Of a DNA stretch of 64,000 nucleotides, positions 58,443-64,000 are shown in pieces. Positions within the stretch are counted from its first letter, which is position 1. Each line of letters starts with the position of its first letter. This stretch comes from Marinilabiliales bacterium (GTDB taxonomy: Bacteria; Bacteroidota; Bacteroidia; Bacteroidales; F082): NCBI GenBank assembly GCA_002869365.1, contig PKTA01000089.1, positions 5,048-69,047 on the forward strand. Direction: 5' to 3'. Both the position numbers and the translations under genes were made by a program. The notes under the pieces were generated by a model. The model was given only the letters and a program-made list of their open reading frames with translations, was not told the DNA's origin and ran no database searches.

Positions 58443-60902
58443 ATGATTTATCCAAAGAACTTTGAGCATAAGTTGGGCTTCGATATTATCAGAGGACATA
58501 TTGCTGAAAACTGCATTAGCCCAATGGGTGAGGCTTTTGTTGAAAAAATCAGGTTTTCAACCAAAAAGGATATAATCAAAACACTTCTGGAGCAGGTAGA
58601 AGAGTTTATGCACATTTTAAGTTTTGGAGAATCATTTCCTTCCAATAATTATTTCGACCTCAGGCAGGAACTTATTCGCTTAAAAACTCCGGGAACATAT
58701 ATAGAACAAGAAAAACTTTTTGATTTTAAATCTTCACTAACTGTAATTCAGGATATTGTAATTTATTTCAGAAAAACAGAAGAGGAAGATTATCCGGAAC
58801 TAAAAAAACTTTGTGAAAGAGTATATATCCCTGACCAAATTCTTTTGAGATGTGAGAAAATTATTGATGACAAGGGTGAAATAAGGGATAATGCTTCTGC
58901 TAACTTACAGGAAATAAGAAATAAATTAAATGCAAAAGGCCGACAGGTTTTAAAGGAAACAAAAAAAGCATTCGAAAAGGCCAAAAAATCGGGCTGGGTA
59001 CCTGAAAATACTGATATGACAATACGTAACGGCCGTACAGTTATACCATTACGGGCTTCCGACAAAAGAGCCATCGGAGGTTTTATTCATGATGAATCGG
59101 CAAGTGGGCAAACCGTTTTTGTTGAACCAGCAGGATCATTCGAATTAAGCAACCAAATAAGAGAACTGGAAAATGAAGAAAGAAGGGAAATAATCAAAAT
59201 CCTTATTATTTTTTCTGATGATCTGCGTCCTTATATCAGTGAGTTAATATCGTCATATCACTTTCTGGGAATAATAGATTTTATTCGTGCTAAAGCACTA
59301 TTTTCCAAGAAGATTAATGCGATAGTTCCAAACTTTTCAGCAGATGAAAGTTTTGATTTAAAAAACGCAATACATCCACTTTTGTGGCTTACTTTAAAAA
59401 AAGTTGATAAGGAAGTTGTTCCTCTGGATATGAGTCTTGATCAAAAACACAGAATACTATTGGTATCGGGGCCAAATGCCGGAGGAAAATCGGTATGCAT
59501 CAAAACTACCGGTCTACTTCAATATATGTTTCAATGCGGATTACCCATACCCGCTTCACCAAATAGTGAGTTAAGGATTTTCAAAAATCTATTTATAGAT
59601 ATTGGTGACGAGCAATCGCTGGAAAACGACCTCAGTACTTACAGTTCTCATCTGTTAAACATGAAATATTTCCTTAAAAATGCAAATGAGGAAACCTTGT
59701 TTATGATAGATGAGTTTGGTACCGGAACTGAACCGCAGTTGGGAGGAGCCATAGCAGAGGCGACGCTGGAACAATTAAACAAAAAGGGTGCCTTTGGGTT
59801 AATTACAACACATTATTCGAATTTAAAACTGGCAGCCGACAAGCATGAAGGGCTATTAAATGGCGCTATGCTTTTCGATTCAAACGAAATGCAGCCTTTG
59901 TTCAAACTTCAGGTTGGTAAACCAGGAAGTTCTTTTGCCTTTGAAATAGCAAAAAAAATAGGTTTTCCTAACTATGTTTTAAATAACGCTAAAAAGAAAA
60001 GTGGCGGAAAACATATTAGATTCGATCAGCAACTTCAGCAGTTGGAAACCGATAAGATTCTGCTGCAAAAGCAAAAACAAAAAGTTGAATCGGCAGATGA
60101 TAAACTTTCACGAACAGTAGAAAAATATACTGACCTTCTTGAAAATCTCGAAAAATCGAAAAAACAAATTATTGCCGAAGCAAAGGATGAAGCTTTGAGA
60201 ATAATTGAAAATTCCAACAAAGCGGTTGAAAAAACCATCAGAGAAATTAAAGAAGCACAGGCAGAAAAAGGCAAGACAAAAGAATTAAGAGAAGAACTGG
60301 AGAGTTATAAGTTGGATGTTTCAAAAGAAAAGCCAACAAATTCTGGAGATAAGAAAACAATTAAAAAGCCAAATTCCGACATTCCAAAAAAGAAAAAAAC
60401 TCTAAAACCCAAAATTTCAAAAGACGAAAACCTATCAGGAAAACCTGTAGTAGGCGATTTTGTAAAGGTAAATAACACTGACATACAGGGTGTTTTGACA
60501 TCTGTTTCAGGTGAGGATGCAACAGTTAATGTAAATGAAGTTATCCTTAAAACGCGATTATCGAAACTTATTAAAGCAAAGAGACCCAAGGAAAAGTCGA
60601 AACCCATTAGAAGTTCATTTTCCGGATTTTCATCCGACATAAACAAAAAGGCCGCCGATTTCAAACTTTCTCTTGATTTGAGAGGAAAGAGAGTTGATGA
60701 GGCACTTTCAGAACTGCACCGTTATATCGATGACGCTATGATGCTCAGCATAAAAGAGGTGAATATTTTACATGGAAAGGGAAATGGAGTGCTAAGGCCT
60801 ATAATTCGAGAATATTTGCAATCACTGGATGAAATTCAAATGTATAAGGATGCTCCATTGGATATGGGTGGAGCAGGGATTACACAGGTTTACTTTAAGT
60901 AA
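58443..60902 (+). CDS. mutS2: endonuclease MutS2 (MutS domain plus C-terminal Smr)
   Basis: 819 aa. Walker A SGPNAGGKS. Lys-rich linker. Smr domain LDLRGKRVDEAL...ILHGKGNGVLR. Confidence 0.93.
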   Translation: MIYPKNFEHKLGFDIIRGHIAENCISPMGEAFVEKIRFSTKKDIIKTLLEQVEEFMHILSFGESFPSNNYFDLRQELIRLKTPGTYIEQEKLFDFKSSLTVIQDIVIYFRKTEEEDYPELKKLCERVYIPDQILLRCEKIIDDKGEIRDNASANLQEIRNKLNAKGRQVLKETKKAFEKAKKSGWVPENTDMTIRNGRTVIPLRASDKRAIGGFIHDESASGQTVFVEPAGSFELSNQIRELENEERREIIKILIIFSDDLRPYISELISSYHFLGIIDFIRAKALFSKKINAIVPNFSADESFDLKNAIHPLLWLTLKKVDKEVVPLDMSLDQKHRILLVSGPNAGGKSVCIKTTGLLQYMFQCGLPIPASPNSELRIFKNLFIDIGDEQSLENDLSTYSSHLLNMKYFLKNANEETLFMIDEFGTGTEPQLGGAIAEATLEQLNKKGAFGLITTHYSNLKLAADKHEGLLNGAMLFDSNEMQPLFKLQVGKPGSSFAFEIAKKIGFPNYVLNNAKKKSGGKHIRFDQQLQQLETDKILLQKQKQKVESADDKLSRTVEKYTDLLENLEKSKKQIIAEAKDEALRIIENSNKAVEKTIREIKEAQAEKGKTKELREELESYKLDVSKEKPTNSGDKKTIKKPNSDIPKKKKTLKPKISKDENLSGKPVVGDFVKVNNTDIQGVLTSVSGEDATVNVNEVILKTRLSKLIKAKRPKEKSKPIRSSFSGFSSDINKKAADFKLSLDLRGKRVDEALSELHRYIDDAMMLSIKEVNILHGKGNGVLRPIIREYLQSLDEIQMYKDAPLDMGGAGITQVYFK

Positions 60903-60911
60903 ATTGCTTCC

Positions 60912-61967
60912 CTATGAAATTGCATTTTTTACTGCCTGAATAAATCCATCAATATCCTCAGCACTTGTATCCCATGAGCACATTAAACGAACTTCTTTAA
61001 ATCCATTTTTTCCTTTTGGTGAGTCATTCCAAATGTGAAAGAAATATTTCTTTTGTACTTTTTCGATAATCTCCTCCGGCATATACACAAAAACTCCATT
61101 GGCCTTAACCTCCTGTGAAACTTGCAATTGTGATAGTTTGCTGACTTCCTTCTCGAGAATTTTAGCCATATTATTTGCGTGAGCAGCATTGCGCTTCCAA
61201 AGATCATCAGTGAGATATGTTTCGAACTGTGAAGCAATAAACCTCATTTTCGAATGAAGTTGCATTGCCTGTTTCCTTCTGTATTCGAAATCGATAGCAA
61301 GACTTTTATTAAAAAATACCACAACTTCACCAAACATAAGTCCATTTTTTGTTCCCCCAAAAGAAAGAACATCCACTCCGGTGTCTGTAATCAATGTTTT
61401 GAAATCCACATTTAATGATGCTACTGCATTTGCTATTCTTGCACCGTCAACATGTAAAAACATATTATTCTTATGTGCAAAGTCGGCCAACTGTTTAATT
61501 TCCTCTGGAGTATAAATGGTCCCCATCTCAGTTACCTGAGAAATAGAAACAACTTTAGGCTGGGCATGATGCTGAAAACCTATGCTTTGCAAAAACGGCT
61601 TTATTTGCTCTGCCTTAATTTTACCATTTTCAGTTTCAATTTCCAGGATTTTAGAACCCAGGAACTTCTCTGGAGCAGCACATTCATCTTCATTTAAATG
61701 GGCGGTATGGGCAGCAACAATTGCATGATATGAGTTCATCAAGTGAGAAACACCCAACACATTTGCTGCAGTTCCATTATAAACGAAAAACACTTCTATA
61801 TCACCACCAAAATTCTCTACAAATTTTTCCTTTGCCTTTATAGAGAATGGATCTTCCAGTTCACCATAAGCCTGATTATGACCTTGGTTTGCCTTTTGTA
61901 AGGCCTCCATAATTTCGGGGCAAACCCCCGACCAATTATCGCTTGCAAATGATTTACTTACTCCCAT
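60912..61967 (-). CDS. ltaE: low-specificity L-threonine aldolase (beta-eliminating lyase family)
   Basis: 351 aa. N-terminus FASDNWSGVCPEIMEAL. NGTAANV. PLP-Lys context SFGGTKNG. Confidence 0.8.
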   Translation of the reverse strand: MGVSKSFASDNWSGVCPEIMEALQKANQGHNQAYGELEDPFSIKAKEKFVENFGGDIEVFFVYNGTAANVLGVSHLMNSYHAIVAAHTAHLNEDECAAPEKFLGSKILEIETENGKIKAEQIKPFLQSIGFQHHAQPKVVSISQVTEMGTIYTPEEIKQLADFAHKNNMFLHVDGARIANAVASLNVDFKTLITDTGVDVLSFGGTKNGLMFGEVVVFFNKSLAIDFEYRRKQAMQLHSKMRFIASQFETYLTDDLWKRNAAHANNMAKILEKEVSKLSQLQVSQEVKANGVFVYMPEEIIEKVQKKYFFHIWNDSPKGKNGFKEVRLMCSWDTSAEDIDGFIQAVKNAIS

Positions 61968-61984
61968 TTGTATTATTTTTTGTG

Positions 61985-63016
61985 TTATGATTTTTTATTT
62001 TTCAATAATTCTTTGGTCGATAAAAGTCCACATGCAGCATCTATATCCTGACCTCGTGAAGCCCTTATAGTTGTTAATAACCCCTTGTCTTTCAGTTCAT
62101 TCTGGAATTCTACCAATCGTTTTTCATCAGTACCTATAAAATCGGCGCCGGGAATATTATGCCATCTGATAAGATTTATCCTACAACGTAATCCATTTAG
62201 CAAGCGGGCTAGCTCTTTTACATGCCGTGGAGTATCGTTCATGCCATGAAAAACAATGTATTCAAACGATATTCTTCTCTGACGACCAAAATCATGTTTA
62301 CGAAGTTCATCTATTATATCCTGTATTTTATATTTATTATTTACCGGCATAATTGCGGAGCGTTCATCATCAAAAGGATTGTGGAGGCTTAAGGCCAGAT
62401 GGCAATTTGAGTTTTCAATAAAATGCCGCATGGAAGGTATAACTCCAATTGTAGAAACGTTTACTCTCTTGGGACTCCACTCATAACCCCATTCGGAAGT
62501 AAGAATCTCCAAAGTATTCATTACATTTTCCAAATTATCGAGAGGCTCACCCATTCCCATAAAAACTATATTAGTAACAGTTTCAAATTCAGGAATACTC
62601 CTTAACTGGTTAACAATCTGATTAGTTGTTAAATGCGCCTGAAATCCCTGCTTACCAGTCGCACAAAATTTACAGCCCATCTTACATCCTACCTGCGATG
62701 AAACGCATAGTGTTTTTCTGTTTTCTTCAGGAATATAGGCAGCTTCGATAAATCTGCCATCTTCTATTTTAAAGAGATATTTTTTTGTTCCATCAACTGA
62801 TGAAGACTCTTTTATTGGTTCTTCAAGTCCAACAACATATTCTTCACTTAATAATTCCCTTGCCTTCTTCGACAAATTTGTCATTTCTTCTATGCTGCTG
62901 ATGTGATTTTTATATAGCCAATTCGTAATTTGACTCACAGCAAACGACGGTAAATCAAGGTCTTTTACTACAACTTCCAGTTGCGATTTAGTAAGTCCGA
63001 ATAATTTTTTCTTCAT
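61985..63016 (-). CDS. rlmN: 23S rRNA/tRNA (adenine-C2)-methyltransferase, radical SAM
   Basis: 343 aa. Radical-SAM CKMGCKFCATG (Cx3Cx2C). VFMGMGEPLDN. C-terminal catalytic Cys context DIDAACG. Confidence 0.92.
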   Translation of the reverse strand: MKKKLFGLTKSQLEVVVKDLDLPSFAVSQITNWLYKNHISSIEEMTNLSKKARELLSEEYVVGLEEPIKESSSVDGTKKYLFKIEDGRFIEAAYIPEENRKTLCVSSQVGCKMGCKFCATGKQGFQAHLTTNQIVNQLRSIPEFETVTNIVFMGMGEPLDNLENVMNTLEILTSEWGYEWSPKRVNVSTIGVIPSMRHFIENSNCHLALSLHNPFDDERSAIMPVNNKYKIQDIIDELRKHDFGRQRRISFEYIVFHGMNDTPRHVKELARLLNGLRCRINLIRWHNIPGADFIGTDEKRLVEFQNELKDKGLLTTIRASRGQDIDAACGLLSTKELLKNKKS

Positions 63017-63020
63017 TTTG

Positions 63021-63028
63021 CAAAGTTA
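63021..63028 (-). promoter_or_regulatory. -7 box TAACTTTG, 4 nt upstream of the rlmN ATG
   Basis: Exact match on the minus strand (complement of caaagtta). Spacer caaa, then the ATG (complement of 63014..63016). Confidence 0.45.
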
Positions 63029-63163
63029 TAGCATTTGTTTAACAAAATGAATAAGGAAATTTTACATTTATCTCATAAAAAGGGTTTTAATGATATGCAA
63101 CATATAGAATAGTTTTCTTTAGTTTGCAAACTAACATTATAAAATTGTTAATTGCTTTTTATC

Positions 63164-63171
63164 TAAATTTG
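63164..63171 (+). promoter_or_regulatory. -7 box TAAATTTG upstream of the glutamine amidotransferase-like gene
   Basis: Exact match, 22 nt before the ATG at 63194. Confidence 0.45.
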
Positions 63172-63193
63172 TATAAAACTAATAATTACTAAT

Positions 63194-63877
63194 ATGAAGA
63201 TACATATTCTCCAACATGCTAATTTTGAAACTCCCGGCTATATACTCGATTGGGCTAAAACAAAAGATCACAAAATTAGTTTTACCAATTTTTTTGAAGC
63301 TTTTACTTTTCCGTTTCCTACAGATATTGATATGTTAATAGTTATGGGAGGGCCCATGAGTATTTCTGATGAAGATAAATATTCATGGCTGGTTGAAGAA
63401 AAGGAATATATATCGGAAATGATTTCCAAAAGAAAAAAAGTAATTGGAATTTGTTTGGGATCGCAGTTTATAGCCGAGGCCCTGGGAGCCAAAGTATATG
63501 AAAATACACAAAAGGAAATTGGTTGGTTTAATATTAAGGGGCAGGCAGAAAATGATTTACTTAGCTTATTGCCAAAGGAAATTACCGCTTTTCACTGGCA
63601 CGGGCAAACCTACGATTTACCAATAGCCTGTGAAAGATTATTTTCTTCAGACGCTACATTAAATCAAGGGTTTTTATACAAAAACAGGGTATTAGCAATG
63701 CAGTTCCATCTGGAAATAAAACCAGAAGGGGTAATCGACATTATCGAAGCCTGTAGAAATGATTTAACTGAAGGGGAATTTGTTCAATCAGAAAAAAATA
63801 TACTTGCCGAAAAATCATATTTTCAGAAAAATAAAAGAATACTTTTTAAAATTCTCGATTTTATGGAAGAAGTATAA
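63194..63877 (+). CDS. class I glutamine amidotransferase-like protein
   Basis: 227 aa. Nucleophile elbow GICLGSQ. Downstream HWH and FHLE His/Glu context. Confidence 0.75.
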   Translation: MKIHILQHANFETPGYILDWAKTKDHKISFTNFFEAFTFPFPTDIDMLIVMGGPMSISDEDKYSWLVEEKEYISEMISKRKKVIGICLGSQFIAEALGAKVYENTQKEIGWFNIKGQAENDLLSLLPKEITAFHWHGQTYDLPIACERLFSSDATLNQGFLYKNRVLAMQFHLEIKPEGVIDIIEACRNDLTEGEFVQSEKNILAEKSYFQKNKRILFKILDFMEEV

Positions 63878-63889
63878 TTTTCTTTAGCT

Positions 63890-64000
63890 TTAATTTTTAA
63901 TCAATTTTAAAGTTGATATTCCTTTTTCGGTCTTTACTCTAACTATATACATTCCTGAATTTTGTTGAACACCATTATTATCGGTTCCATCCCATACTAG
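63890..64000 (-). CDS. partial CDS, C-terminal 36 codons of a T9SS-sorted protein (type A CTD end)
   Basis: Not in the ORF track. The reverse strand reads ...LVWDGTDNNGVQQNSGMYIVRVKTEKGISTLKLIKN followed by a stop (complement of 63890..63892). This is the W-DG-D..G.....G.Y......... pattern of T9SS CTD tails. Confidence 0.6.
   Translation of the reverse strand, partial: LVWDGTDNNGVQQNSGMYIVRVKTEKGISTLKLIKN

Overview
This 64-kb window is AT-rich, densely packed chromosomal DNA from a Bacteroidota-type organism. Three lines of evidence support that: three type IX secretion (T9SS) C-terminal sorting domains, TAnnTTTG -7 promoter boxes in place of Shine-Dalgarno leaders, and lipid A genes. A pyruvate:ferredoxin oxidoreductase suggests an anaerobic or facultative lifestyle. 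About 48 protein-coding genes are supported, and most are recognisable housekeeping genes: pyrE, coaD, secA, pyrH, frr, purB, gap, lpxH, lpxK, proS, glyA, guaB, nifJ, mutS2, rlmN, a class A PBP, M16 peptidases and SurA-like chaperones. I found no tRNA, rRNA, CRISPR array, transposase, integrase or recognisable defence genes, so this is mostly core genome. Several ORF-track starts (TTG, GTG or upstream ATG) are revised using promoter and terminator positions. The most unusual locus is a two-gene minus-strand cassette at 29946..32953. It encodes a lipoprotein built from three low-complexity blocks (acidic Tyr-rich; Gly/Tyr/Trp/Pro with GYPYY repeats; a strongly basic Ser/Arg/Lys/Thr/Pro tail ending in six SPSRS(Y/S)S heptads from 21-nt tandem repeats), followed by a FadL/PorV-like outer-membrane barrel. 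Other points worth a second look: (1) two long C-rich, G-poor non-coding tracts (40745..41040 and 58088..58440) that share exact 12- and 13-mers and lie downstream of genes with no hairpin terminator; (2) -7 boxes only 4-5 nt from start codons, suggesting leaderless mRNAs; (3) a dihydroorotate-dehydrogenase-like gene that lacks the catalytic Cys and is divergent from nifJ; (4) a GT-C glycosyltransferase wedged between pyrH and frr; (5) an efflux adaptor/permease pair with no ATPase gene. All functional calls come from motif recognition by eye, with no database searches.
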